Below are positions 51,909 to 64,000 of a stretch of 64,000 nt of DNA, piece by piece. Every line of letters begins with the position of its first letter. The first letter of the stretch is position 1. A program made the position numbers and the translations under genes. The stretch comes from Takakia lepidozioides (Eukaryota; Plantae; Bryophyta), in the NCBI GenBank assembly GCA_030704615.1, contig CM060731.1, positions 40,300,001 through 40,364,000 on the forward strand, read 5' to 3'. The notes under the pieces are model-generated. The model was not told the origin of the DNA. It searched no databases and was given only the letters and a program-made list of their open reading frames with translations.

Positions 51909-54460
51909 ATGGCTTCAATGATATAAGCATTGTTATTATCGTCACTATGTGGTGAGGATGGGGGGGACAATGCGGTGATTAGTTGGGCGGGGGTGGGGGA
52001 GCCTTGCATACTAGGTGATGGAGTGAATGGCGTAAGCAAGTTGTGGTTAGGTTCGGGAGGGTGTGTGTTAGGTACTTGATATGGGGGATCGGGTTGTGTA
52101 TCTGTAGGAGTATTGGTGGTATATGCCGTTTTGAGTGTTTGATAGATGGAGGCAATAGGGGAAGATCGGTACTGGGGGAGCAGGTCTTGGGCCGTATGTG
52201 GATAGTAGAGGCAGGGGAGATCACATTGGAGAGTGCAGGCTGCTGAGGGATGACAAAAGAGGGTGCAAAGGTGGTGTAGGCATCGATTGGTTTTGGACGT
52301 GGCTCAGGAGAACTTAAGAGTGAATTCGCTTGGTTTTAAAAGTCTATGGCCGGTGGCGGTAGTAAGTTGGGTGAGGGTGGTGATGTGGCATTATTTGAAA
52401 TAGGTGAGGATGGGGGTCTTTTGTTTGGGATAAGAGACGTCAAATTGCGATAAAAAAAGGTTTGTGAGCCATGCGCGTTCTAAAGGTGACGAGGTGTTAG
52501 GATAGGCTGGCAGATCAGTTTGTATGCTAATTTTCATTTGGCGTAGGATGAGTATTGTGTGTGCAGTGGGGGAGTGTAGGCAGGCCTGTAGGTGCAGGGA
52601 TGATAATGAGTAGAGACCACTGTATTTTAATGCAAGGTGTTTGAGAAGTCCCTGATAAATGATACCTAGACGCCCAGGATCGTTGAGTGTTATTTTTAGT
52701 TGGGTGCCTAATGTACGAGCATATGAGATGATTAATGGGCTCGAACCAATTCCGTAGTGGTCAGTAGGGAGTTGCGTGAGGGCATTGGGAGTGCTAGTCG
52801 GTAGGCCACATACACGCTTTGTTAGCTGAATAATACTTTTATCAAGTTTTTTTTATGTCCGGTAGGGAGAAGGGTACGGCGTGGAATGAGTATTGAATTT
52901 GTGTTTGTAGTACGGATTGAATGATTGATAATTTTGGTTGAATGGCGATAGGGGATTTGAGCAGGGCAAGGCTTTTGGTAGCGAGTTTGGATGATATAGA
53001 TTCTTTTTGGATATGCTATGTGAGGGAGAGAATGAGTTGTATACCTAGGTAAGTATATGGCTCGTCTGGTCCTAGAAAGAGAAATGATGTGTCTTGGTAG
53101 TGTACATAGAGTTTGCAATGTGAGGCTATGGCAGTTTTGGTGAGCCGACTATGATGTGTTGCGGCTGTGATGGCGCACTTGTGCAGGCTGAGTTCCATGC
53201 CTAACCATAAATTGAATCTGAATAGTTTGTTAACTTGTCGGTTTATGTGTTGTGGTTTATGCCAGGATAGCTAGATCATCTGCATATGCTGCAGCGGAGA
53301 TGTCACTTGATGAGGTTTTGTATTGGTATCCGAGCTTGCCGCGAGCTAGCCATCTGAGAAGGGGTTCTAGGAAGATAATGAATAGGTAGGGAGCTTAAGG
53401 TATCACCTTGGATAGTTCCACGGAGGATGGGGATAGGCGGGGTGGAACCATAGTATGCACCAAAATATTCAATAGTACTGTTTGTGTAGATGTTTCCTAT
53501 TAGTTGGATGGCATCAGTGGGGTAACCAAGGTCAAGCATGATAGCAAGTAGTCTAGCATGATCTAGGGAGCCGAAGGCATTTTTAAAATCGATATATAAA
53601 AGATAAATATCTTGCTTTGTAAGTTTAGCATCTTCGAGTGCGGATAGAACATATTGTATTTGTCGTGTTGTGCTGCATGTAGCTCGGAATCCTTCTTGGG
53701 GGTCACTAAGAATTTGGTGTTGCTCGCCATAACTTGATAGCATTGTGGTGAGTCTTCCAACTTTGGAGAGAGCAGCTGTCCAGTGAGGAATATCATGGGG
53801 ATTGGTGGGTGGAGGCATAAGTGCTTGACATTTGTTAAGGTGTTTAGGTAGGTGATACGTGGATCCGAAGGCCAGTTGTTTCCCAGGTGGATGGGGGTAG
53901 TGGTAGGTATAATGGTGAGGGCACGCCTGATTGTGTGGTATGTGTTAAGATGTGATGTCCATATACGTTTTTGAGTATGGGTAAGGTAGCCACCATTTTG
54001 TTTTGAGCGTGTAGTTTGTGGGATTTCAGGGGGGGCAGAGCAGGTGGCAATGACACTGTTGGTCATTTCTTTCATTGAAGTTGTGAGTATGGTCTCGGCT
54101 TCGGTCCAGGCTTTGTCAGGGGATTGCGAGAGGTTTGCTTCGGAGAGTATGTCGGAGAGTTGTATCATAAGGTGTAAGGATGTTGGTTGGAAATGCTTTA
54201 GGAAGGTGACTATGTTATTGTGGGGAAGTGGGGTTAAGATTCTAGATTGTGGTGGTGAGACATGTATGGGTGGAATAGGTCTAAAGGAAATGAGAGATGA
54301 TGGGATGGTTACTGACACGGGGTCATGGTCTGAGTTGCATAGACTATTAATGTGTACATGACTGCTGAGGTATGTGGGGATGTCGTTTTGTGTCTTGAGG
54401 TAGAAACCGTCAAGAAGGCTTAAGGATGAGTAGTTGAGTCCACCTTGTCTGGAATAGTGG
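51909..54460 (-). mobile_element. Degenerate LINE (Dualen/RandI-like): end of APE, RT and start of a chromodomain
   Basis: SLLDGFYL...SDHDPV (APE); QEGFR, YIDFKNAFGSLDH, RGTIQGDTLS, AYADDL (RT). Clade assigned from recalled motif similarity only. Confidence 0.8.
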
Positions 54461-54479
54461 TGATTCTTAGAGGGTTGTT

Positions 54480-57245
54480 TGGGACTTAGATGCTTTTACG
54501 GGTTCTGTGGGGTACCCTTAATTTTTGTGCAGGCCTGTGGATGGTACAGGAGACCAGCAGAAAACTGAGGGGTGACAGGCACAGGCTTTAGGGGGGGGTA
54601 GACAGGCTCACACAACCAGACATAGCCTCACACAGCCTCACACAGTCAGACACAGCCCGACACAGTTTTACACAGCCAGTCACAGCTCGGCACAGTCATA
54701 GCTCGACACAGCTTGGCACAACCCGTCACAGCGTATATAGGGAACGGTTATCATCGACAGGGAACGACTGTGTGTGGGAACGACATCTGCAGAGGGGACG
54801 TGTTACTTCAGGGGTGACAGTTAATTAGTTAGGTGGTTGGAACAGCTTGTGGGTAGATGAGGTGGGGCGGCAACAGGAAGGGGATCAGTTCTGGGGGGGA
54901 AAACTTCTTGGTGAGGCATGTGAGGAGATCAAGCGGAGAGCAAGCGGAGGAGAGCACGGTGATGGAGGGGAGACGATCAGTAGATGCTTGTACATGCAGA
55001 GCTGTAGCGATACAGTAGAGCAGATTAGAGACACCTTGGCTTCGGTCTGATACCTGATAAATCTGAATCTGATACTTATTCGATACAACTCACACTTTGT
55101 GTAGAGTGACTTGAGTGAAGCTGTGGAATGAATGAATGATTCATTGGAACTTGATAGATACTGAAGCAATCTGATGCTTCAGTATGCACAGTAAGGTAAT
55201 TGGCTAACATGAAGGCAAGAAGAAATACAAATAGGAAGCACAACCATGATTCACTAGCTGTAGGTCATGACTGATTGTTCTGAGCGGGCTGAGTGCTTAG
55301 AGATATCCAACTCTTCTATCTTGGAGTTCCCTCCTCGGATAGTGAAGGGATGGGTGAGTAAAAGCCGCTCGACATTTGGCGACCATACTGGGGAACCGGG
55401 TAATGAACAACCAGATGTGACAAGCATCTGGTGGGATCATGGTGGTTGGAGAATTAAAGATCAAATTCCCTGTGGAACTGAGAAGGAAAGATTGTCCAAA
55501 CAATTCTTTCAGAGGTTCTTGGAATTGCCAGACGGTTGTAAAGAAAACATTCTTACGAGAGTGCATGATGCTGACCCTGAGTGGGGTCTGGAGAAAGGGG
55601 TGATAAAGATTTATCAAGTGGCTTGTAGAGGAAGAGCACGTTGGTTACCAACACTGGTATATGTGATAGCATTGCTATCCATTAAGCGAGTAGAGTTTGA
55701 AGGTCGGGAGGAAAGGAAAGTGAATGTTTACACTCATATGCATGAAGAGCTTGTACAGGTAAAGAATTGGATTCCTAAGGATATTCTGTGGATCAAACTC
55801 ACACCAAGAACAGATTTTCAGACTTGTTTGCCATATGGTTGTATGGTAACGAAGACCTCTAGTGTAGCCAAAGGCGCATTGAAGCTGGAAAGAAATCCGG
55901 GCATATACGAGAGGTACTACAGGAGAGAGTTTTGGTTATTGCCTCATTAAAGATATGAAAGACATGGGACATGAGTGATGAAAGAGATGCTAGACTCCAG
56001 AGATATTCAGCAAAAAGAGAAAGTTATCTGAGAGCTAATTATCCATATCTTTGGGAGAGGGGAATAGACATAGGGGAATCATCTGGACCTCTCACACCAT
56101 TAAGATTAGGGAGTACATCACCCATACCGGAAGAACTAGAGTTGGATGCCACTCCTTCTTATTCTTTACAAGAAAAATTAAGGGAATTGGTACAAGAAGA
56201 CGATCAGCCATGAGGGGAGAGATCTAAGGTACATCCCTGGATAAAAGATTTGACAGAAATCTTTGATAAGAGTTGGCATGGAACACCAAAAGCAGGAACT
56301 CCAGTTTCTGAAACGGAAGACAAAGAAGAAGGGGAGGATGTGGCAGAGCCAACGGAGAGTTCAGACTCTCCAACACCATTGCAATTGAGTTACATGAGTG
56401 AAGAAGAAGAAACCCAAATGCAGAACTTGGAAGATAAAAACAGAGAGAAGAAATTGGAAGATGAAGGGTATGAAGAAGTAGAACCAACAGTTGAGGTTGA
56501 GACTACAATCAGGACATCCCAACCTGTTGGACTTGGATCAAGTGGAGCACTTGGATCATAGGCCAACGAAGGTGTCGGCTCAGGGGGATCAGGCGGGCAG
56601 CCTGGATCTGGCTTTGGGGGGACAGGGAGTGTGGGAAGTAGTTCAACTGGAGTTGGGAATACTGTGAATATAGTGGGGCCAGTAGCAGGGAGTGCTCAGG
56701 GGCCAGCACTTGGTGGAAGCTCCACCACAACTACAACAGGTCCTCAAGGACCAGCGCCAGCAGGGGGGCTAGCACTTGTCAGTGGGCAGGGTGTAGGGCC
56801 ACAGATGGCGTTACAACCAACACGGGCAAAACCACCTTTTCCAATATATGCAAGAAAATGGGATCCCGATGTACACATCAGCCGATTTGAGCGCATGTGT
56901 ATTGTGAACAATGAGAATGGCGATGATGCCAAAATGAGACTGTTTCCTTGCTCACTTATAAAGAAAGCAAGTGAATGGTATGCAAGATTCCCTGATAATT
57001 ATTTCCTAACCTGGAATGGCTCAAGTGAAACATTCCGAAATAGGTTCAGGACAAGTAAAACTGAGGATGAAGTGTATGGAAGTTTACAACACTTAAAGCA
57101 AAAGAAGCATGAAACTGTTGAAGAGTACATGGAAAAGATGGAATTGATGATGAAAAAGTTGGCTGTTGTACCAGCACCAGGATTACAGAAGACTTGGTTT
57201 GTGAGAGGACTGAGACCAGAGTTGTACATGACTGTTCGTCTAATT
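54480..57245 (+). mobile_element. Truncated Ty3/Gypsy-type element: CACAGC-repeat leader, extra ORF(s) and gag
   Basis: Retrotrans_gag-like DPDVHISRFE...RLFPCSLIKKASEWY...TW...F..RF...LKQKKHETVEEY...FVRGL at 56830-57225. Boundaries uncertain. Confidence 0.7.
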
Positions 57246-57276
57246 GTGAGATTTAGGATCAATGTGTGTAGGTATG

Positions 57277-57402
57277 GATGGATGAGAGTAGGATGGATGT
57301 GCAATAAGATGGATGAGAGTAGGATGAATGTGTAATCAGATGGATGAGAGTAGGATGGATGTGTAATCAGATGGATGAGAGTACGAATGGATGTGGAATC
57401 AG
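57277..57402. repeat. Minisatellite, 4 x 31 bp (GATGGATGAGAGTAGGATGGATGTGTAATCA)
   Basis: Units start at 57277, 57308, 57339 and 57370. Confidence 0.9.
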
Positions 57403-57659
57403 AGGCGAGTCTCCATGGAATCACCCTCCTGTAGCTTCATGTCTGAAACGGTCCTGTCACCAAGAAACCTTACGTTCAGCCTGTATCAGCACCGCCTCCT
57501 CTTTGAATTGCAATCGACATGTTGGTTGGCGAGAAATCTGAATCCATCGTGTCCCATCTTGTTTTGCTGCTTCGAAACCAAGTGCAACTGCCAAATGCAG
57601 GTGCTTTCAACCATCATGTACTGCTGTGGCGTTTGCAATGGCATGGCAAGCCTCCTGGC

Positions 57660-60260
57660 CAAGACTCAGCCCCAAGTCGCCTACATTCCATGGAATCGCG
57701 TTGCTGATTTCATTACTGGGGAATCCTCCCGTACAGATGGCCCATGCACTTTCCACAGGCATCACCAAAGAGGCCATCCGGAGGGATCTCTGTTAGCTCC
57801 TCGCACCAACAGTGCTTTGACTATGACAAGGTACATCTTGGGCTGCCGTTCATGTGTTGCAATGCCTATTCCATGATTTCCATGAATGCAGAGAGTGCCT
57901 GAGTCCCCTTAGAGTGATAGTAACGGAATGTAATTTGTGGTTGTATATATCACTGCTCATATGGTCCAGAGGACATAATTACGGCCCTCTTGGATGTTAC
58001 CCCTGCAATGGCACACAAGAAACGCCGAGCAAAACCTGCAAAGAAGAAGGGGAGGAAGCCAAGAGTCACAGTCGCTTCCACTGAAGCAAAACCAAAACAA
58101 GCAAGGACCACACAAACAAAAATCGGGGGAAGGCATCAAGAGGGGATGCATGTGCAGGTTTGTAGTGAAACAATGCTATGTGGACCCTAGTCTATTATGA
58201 AAAGAGACATGTCAATGGGGCTGGAGAGGTCTGCCATGGACCCACTTAGCAACTAGGTCGTATTTCATTAGCTCCCCACTTGAGCAATGACATGAAATCC
58301 TGGGTGTTACATAACCTACGTCTGGGACTAAGCATCAACAAGATAATGGCAAAGCACACGCAGAGGGTGAGAGATATCATGGATGGGGGGTTGGAGGTTA
58401 CTCGTGATACCTTCCTTCTTTCAAGTGACATCCGAAATATTGCCAACAAGTGCGATGAAGAAACTTTCAAAAAGCACTCCAATGATGCACAAAGTGTCCG
58501 AATGTGGGTGCATGAAAACCCAGCAAGCGTTTTCTACTACCAAGAAGAGTGTAATCACCCTGCGTGGACGTTGAATGACCGAAAACTGGACCTTCCATTT
58601 GTGCTTGGCATACAAATTGATTGGCAGAGAAAACAAATGCTCAAAAACGGCCATCGTCGCATAGTTGCTTGTGATGCAACCTTTGGGACGAATGAAAAGA
58701 AGGTTGCGGCAGTTTCTTAACCCAAATGTCCTCAAAGCTTGTCAAATTATGTTCTTCATGTGAACTTTTCTGTTCTCGTACCATTTCCTTTGAACTCACT
58801 TCAGTTACACATGATTATTGCTGCAGTACCCCTTGTATACCATGATGGTATTTGACGACTGGCTGAATGGTATTCCAGTGGCTTACATTATCACTGCAAG
58901 GTGCAAAACCATCGATCTTACGCCTTGGATGGAGGCACTCAACAAACAAATGATAAGTCTGCAAGTAGACTGGCGTCCAAATGCCTTTATTGTGGATGAC
59001 GCAGATGCTGAAATTGCTGCAATTAGGTACGTCCATGAACTCAGGCAATATACCTACCATGATCTCTTAGTTACACATGAATTTTAGTTTATCTGCCTGA
59101 TAAGAGAACAGATCTGTGTGGGGGGATTGTGCTGTTTTCTTGTGCTTGTGGCATGTTCGCCGAGCCTGGCAGAAGAATGTTGTAGCAAAGGTGAAAGACC
59201 CAGTATTGCAAGCGGCTATCTTACAAGACCTGGCACAGATCATGTACGATAGAAAGGAGACCTCTGGGGATGCAAGTGAAGCATGGGCCGTAGTCAAAAT
59301 TTTGGACATGCGGGAGAAGTACCCTTCTGAGACAGAATTCTGCATCTACATGGAGACAGAGTGGCTTCCAAAAGCCAAAATGTGGATGAAGGGATCCCGG
59401 AACAAACCTCATGCCTCTCAAGACACTAATGCTGCCATAGAAGCATACCACGGGATCCTGAAAGCGCAATTGAAGAGCACCAAAAGCATCCTCGGTAGTA
59501 GGCGGGTGGATTGGCTCATCTCTGAACTGACAGGTGATGTGCTAACCCATTACTGGTACATGTCACATGCGAAGGCTTATGGGTTCATCTGAAACAAGCG
59601 GTAGGAGGGATTTGTTTGTACTTCTATTTTGCTTGCCAACGACATTCCAGATGCGAATGTGCACCTACCTGACACACCCGGAGGCATTGCAACAGTTCAA
59701 TGCCACCGCCATTTGGGTATGACATATACTGTCCACAATCCGGATTCTAAGTGGGGTTGCTGTGATTGTCATTGGGCCTAGAAAGGAAATATGTGTGCAC
59801 ACCAGGTAAAGGTTTTGAAGATGTTCCACCCCCATGTGGAGGACGGGCTGATTGCAAAGTTGTGCGGATCCCTATTGGGCACATATAAAGGTGGCCTCCA
59901 CAACTTGCTAGCTGCCCATCAGTCCCCCTCTTCCATGCCTTCGTCTTCACAAACTCCCCCAGGTCTGACCTCCCCTTCTATGGCTCACAAAACATCCGCT
60001 GGTACCAGTCCATTGCCCAACCTACTTGCCCTTATCTCTACAGAGTAGGAAAGTATTATTCAATTGACAGATACCAGCAAATTCCTCCAACAACATCTTC
60101 TTGCATTGGTGAGAGCTACAAAGGGAAAGATTTTGGACTTGACTGCCATGATGGAGGAGGGTCTTCAGTACCCTGGTGAAGACCCAGTTATGACTACTGT
60201 GGATGATGGGAATGGAAAGTCACTTGTACGGTACAAAGACTTTCTGGAGAGGCATGGCTA
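57660..60260 (+). pseudogene. Intron-containing MULE-type DDE transposase / SWIM zinc-finger gene with stops
   Basis: AYIPWNRVADFI.GE, CSYGPED, RGCMCRF, ACDATFGTN, FIVDDADAE, CLWHVRRAW, TNAAIEAYH, SWIM CDC......MCAH. GT-AG introns at 58703-58826 and 59027-59111. Confidence 0.85.
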
Positions 60261-61180
60261 CACAGGCAACCTCCCATCCGTGCCGTCTGCCACCAGGAGC
60301 AGGAAGATTTTGTACACCGGCGGTGTTGAGGAAATTGCTACACATCCCAAGGGAGTTGCTACACGAGGGCTCCAAAAAACGCTGACGCCATAGCTGTGTA
60401 GGACTTAGCCATTTCAACTTCTTCTCTAATGCGCCCGCTAGATAGCTAAGTTAGGCCAACCACTATCAAGAATTGCAAAGTAGTAGGCTTCTTGATTATT
60501 TCTTAGACAACCTGATATTTTAGTTATGGCTAAACAGAGTGGCAAAACCTGCAGCAACTACTCCCTGAGAGAGAGGTCGAGATATAGAGTCGGCGCCATT
60601 GTACTTCTAAACAACGGAGTGTATGCGGAAGGTGCAGAGGAACGAGGCGCTACTGATGAGTGTTTCCAGGGAAATAGCAGGAACACACAGGGTCAAATGC
60701 AAGCGAATTTAATGGATGAAGAAAGTTGTGCACTACACGCCTTATTGCCATGGCATGGCGTGCTGAGGCCAGAAGCCAGAGCTAAACGCGGCAAACCCCA
60801 TGATGGCCGCAGAGCCAACAGCCAATGGCTACTCAACAGAAACACCACAAAGCCAAACGGAAGAACCGTAAGCTGAGGCGCTTGAGACAACAAGAATGGA
60901 AACCAGGGGCAGTATACGTGAGAGTAGTGCAATGTTCTGATCAAAGGAAGCACAAGGCTCAGCTCCCATCAGATAGTGGAGTAGGCGAGAAGGTTACGAA
61001 GCTGCGTATTGTCAAGCAAAGACAGACAACAACCCAATCTGCATACGGGCGGAGCTCACGTACAAAACAAAGAAGGACGCAGGGTAGGAAATATAAAGAA
61101 GGAAACAAGAAAGCTCTCTCGCTATTCTTTTTGCTGCTATTGACAATGTCACGCGATACTAAGCCTGGTCGGCAGCTGCA

Positions 61181-63543
61181 TTGAGTAAGGCCCAACGAGA
61201 GGGAGGCGACTCAGAACGAGGACAAACACTTGCATATGGTTGGAGCAGGCTGTGTAGTAGCAGCCCCAAGAGGAGCGTAGGTGCTGATATTCCCTGGAAC
61301 GTGATGGAGAAGACGATAAGAAAGAGCCTTGTGGGAAGGCCAGTGAGTGTCGGAAAGCCAGGTCTGCCAATTGAGGTTGAGTGGGACAAGGCCGCCAGCA
61401 CTACGGGAAATGGCGAGGCCTCGGTACACACCGACAATGAGCAAAGGCAAATCCATAGACAAAATACAGATAAGCTCGAAACCTACATTAATGACAAGTT
61501 CTGGCATGTTGATATGAATAGTCCCTGCAAGAACACAGCTACACTCTTTAAGATGACACTCTCTCTTTCTACAATAACAAGACTCCCTCATCTCAACATC
61601 GATCTACACATGCACAGCGAGGCCCTGAAACTAACACCTTATCAATCAATCAAAAGCAAGATACTCTACTCTAAAGTCCTAACTCGAACACCATTAATTT
61701 TACTCTCATGCCCAAGTAGCAGCACTCAAATTTGCTACACCTATGGACAAGATGACAGACAAGAGCGATTCAAACCACTTAACAAGAAAACTAGGATCCA
61801 TCCCTGTGGAAACCTATGTTGCGGAACCAACCATACACTAGTCAGTGTACCAATTATGCATACCAAAAACACTAATGCAAACTGGCTAATTGCAGAGAAT
61901 AACCAGAAGACGCTCACAGGCTGGTACAGACCCAGCATGCAATCAAAGCTATGGAAGATGAGTGCACCACCACTAGGCTTAACAGCAGGAGAAAACATGG
62001 ACGAAGACATATTTTTCCTGGAAAACAAGAGATGGCTGCATGCTGAGCACAAAGTCATAATAAATGGGAAAACGCCAAGGAGCACACTGGCAGCACAAAA
62101 TCACACAGAAGAGGAGCGCATGTCGCCTGCTGAACGTGGAATACTCAAGGGCACACTCGCAGCACTCAACTTTGCACCAGCTAAGTTCACTACCCAGCCT
62201 GGTAGCAATAGAATGCAATTGCTCATTACCGTCGTCAACTCTAGAGGGAATGCCAACACATATCAACTGTCTATTTTAATGGCTACTCGGATATACCAAG
62301 GTGCCTCCCAAAACTATATGGTATGGAGAGCCCTATATGCTTCTGATAGTGCCAATCATTGCCCTGCAAATTACCTCAGAGCCTTACCACCCATGTGTTA
62401 TCACCTAACCCCGAAACTGGGCCGTCACACAATAACCATGCGCTACCAAAGGCCATACTTGGCACTCACTGCTACTATCAAGAACTTAATATGATGCCAC
62501 AATACATTAAACTTCCATCATACTGTAATCACTATGGGCTTGATAAACCCAGATCTGAACAAAGAAAAATGGAGAAGCATGAAGCTATTCGATTGTGGAA
62601 GTATACGCACTGCCCCGTTATGACTAATCTCTACCGTGCTCAAAGCTTGAAAGTGTTATTGCACTCGCTGCCTTCAGCGTTACTTGTAAATCGATTGCAA
62701 TGTTCTATCCATAACTTATCAAAATTCACAAGTGCCATTCAGTGCTATGCTAAAAAACTCAAGGTGATATCACAACAATACACTGCTAAAACTCTGAAAG
62801 TCTTACTGCGTTCCTTTCTGCTAATACGAGTGGGAAATTGATTGATGTGCTACACCAACACGATATCAAAATCCAAAACTGTCACATACTGTTATGATCA
62901 AAAACGTAATGTGATGGTATCTCAGGTCTTAACTACAATAGGGCAGATTCCTTTGTATACAAACCTAGGATTTCTGAATAGGGAAAATTTTGATTCTCTA
63001 ATTTTGATGAAGCAGCCCCAAGCAGGAGCAACCATCCTGCTCGTGCAACAAGCTTTTACGAAACTGGTAACCTTTGTGTTGTGTGGAGGGGCTCTAAGTA
63101 GACACCAAGGCACTGAATATAGAGGCTTGCTCTCGGTGGACTGCCTTACAGTCATAAGCATTAAATCACTGAGAGATAATAGAAGCACACTGGTAGAACT
63201 CTTCTGGGCCCGGTGGCCGAATACAATCACCAACTATGGTAAAACACAGCCAGCTGAAGCCTTAGAATGGGCTTGGATCAGGGACTCTATCAGTATCATC
63301 AAAGAAGATAACCAGAGGATATGCTACAAGAAAGGGCCCATGCCACAGATGACAATTTTCTCTGTTGCCTTCAATGTGCACTGCTCAAGCCTATTACTAA
63401 CTATATTGTGTGCTGCAATCCAAGACCAAGTAATAGAGGCACGCCAGCAAATTGAGCCCCCCGCCAAGAAACAAACGCCTACAGCAAACAGCCAACAAAT
63501 AAGAGTAATGGCAGGAGCTCAAATTATGCGTTGTATTCATTGA
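61181..63543 (+). other. Long unassigned ORFs (437 aa, 233 aa), probably decayed TE-borne coding sequence
   Basis: Long A/C-rich frames with no recognised domain. Confidence 0.3.
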
Positions 63544-64000
63544 GCCAACCCAGAAACCAGATGCACTATCTGAGAGAATGACACGGACACTCGGGCAACA
63601 CAATGCACTACCGCCCACAAATGCAGAAAAAGTCTCCACTATTACCAGAAACGTATGCCAAATAACCTGCCATAGGCCACAAGACGCCACAACAAAGATA
63701 ATACAACAATCCATTGCTCAAGATCTGAAAGTCCCAGTACATCCGTTGTTGTTCATGCCAACTGAAAATAGAACTTCGTGTTATACTCACGTGATATCAA
63801 AAACCACAATCGTTAACTGTTGCTATGACCAAAAACTTAAGACAATAGTAACCCAGAATTCGGCTGCAGTAAGACAGAGGGACATAAATGTGCACTCGGG
63901 ACCTTTGCATAGGAACAAACTTGCTTCTCCAGTCTTGGTGAAACTCCCCCAAATACTTAATATGCTGCCACAGTGCACGATAATGCTACTGTACTATGCC

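Noticed and set aside
57277-57402. CRISPR-like array
   Set aside because: Contiguous 31-bp units with no unique spacers, no cas genes, and a eukaryotic context.

Overview
Eukaryotic, transposon-dense DNA. The PLS/DYW-type PPR fragments, LHCB4 and BURP sequence point to a non-seed land plant such as a hornwort, fern or lycophyte (inference). Frequent 1-bp indels suggest decay and/or a noisy long-read consensus, and no intact host gene is evident. The main result is two related minus-strand Ty3/Gypsy elements (3635-14252 and 40003-51908) that share five unusual traits. (1) A DNMT3-like C5 cytosine methyltransferase lies between protease and RT. (2) A conserved in-frame UAG-CAA-CCA readthrough signal separates gag-PR-MTase from RT-RH-IN. 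(3) The integrase ends in a PHD finger. (4) The PBS matches the loop of a hairpin in the element's own LTR, suggesting tRNA-independent self-priming. (5) The LTRs are circularly permuted. The canonical LTR (PPT|TG...CA|PBS; 40088-40533) contains an internal CA-GC-TG site, and both insertions end at that site with 4-bp TSDs. Their layouts (B-ORFs-A and B-ORFs-A-B-A) are what integration of a 1-LTR circle and a 2-LTR circle would produce. Each element splits a LINE ORF that can be rejoined across the insertion. Element 2 also carries LHCB4 and BURP copies, each followed by an A-tract, in its leader. Other content: a complete chromovirus with a 5-bp TSD (28288-35202), an RTE/RTEX-like LINE, a Dualen/RandI-like LINE with a chromodomain, scrambled PPR pseudogenes (one with an in-frame P450 patch), a truncated gag element, a SWIM/MULE-type transposase pseudogene and unassigned ORFs.
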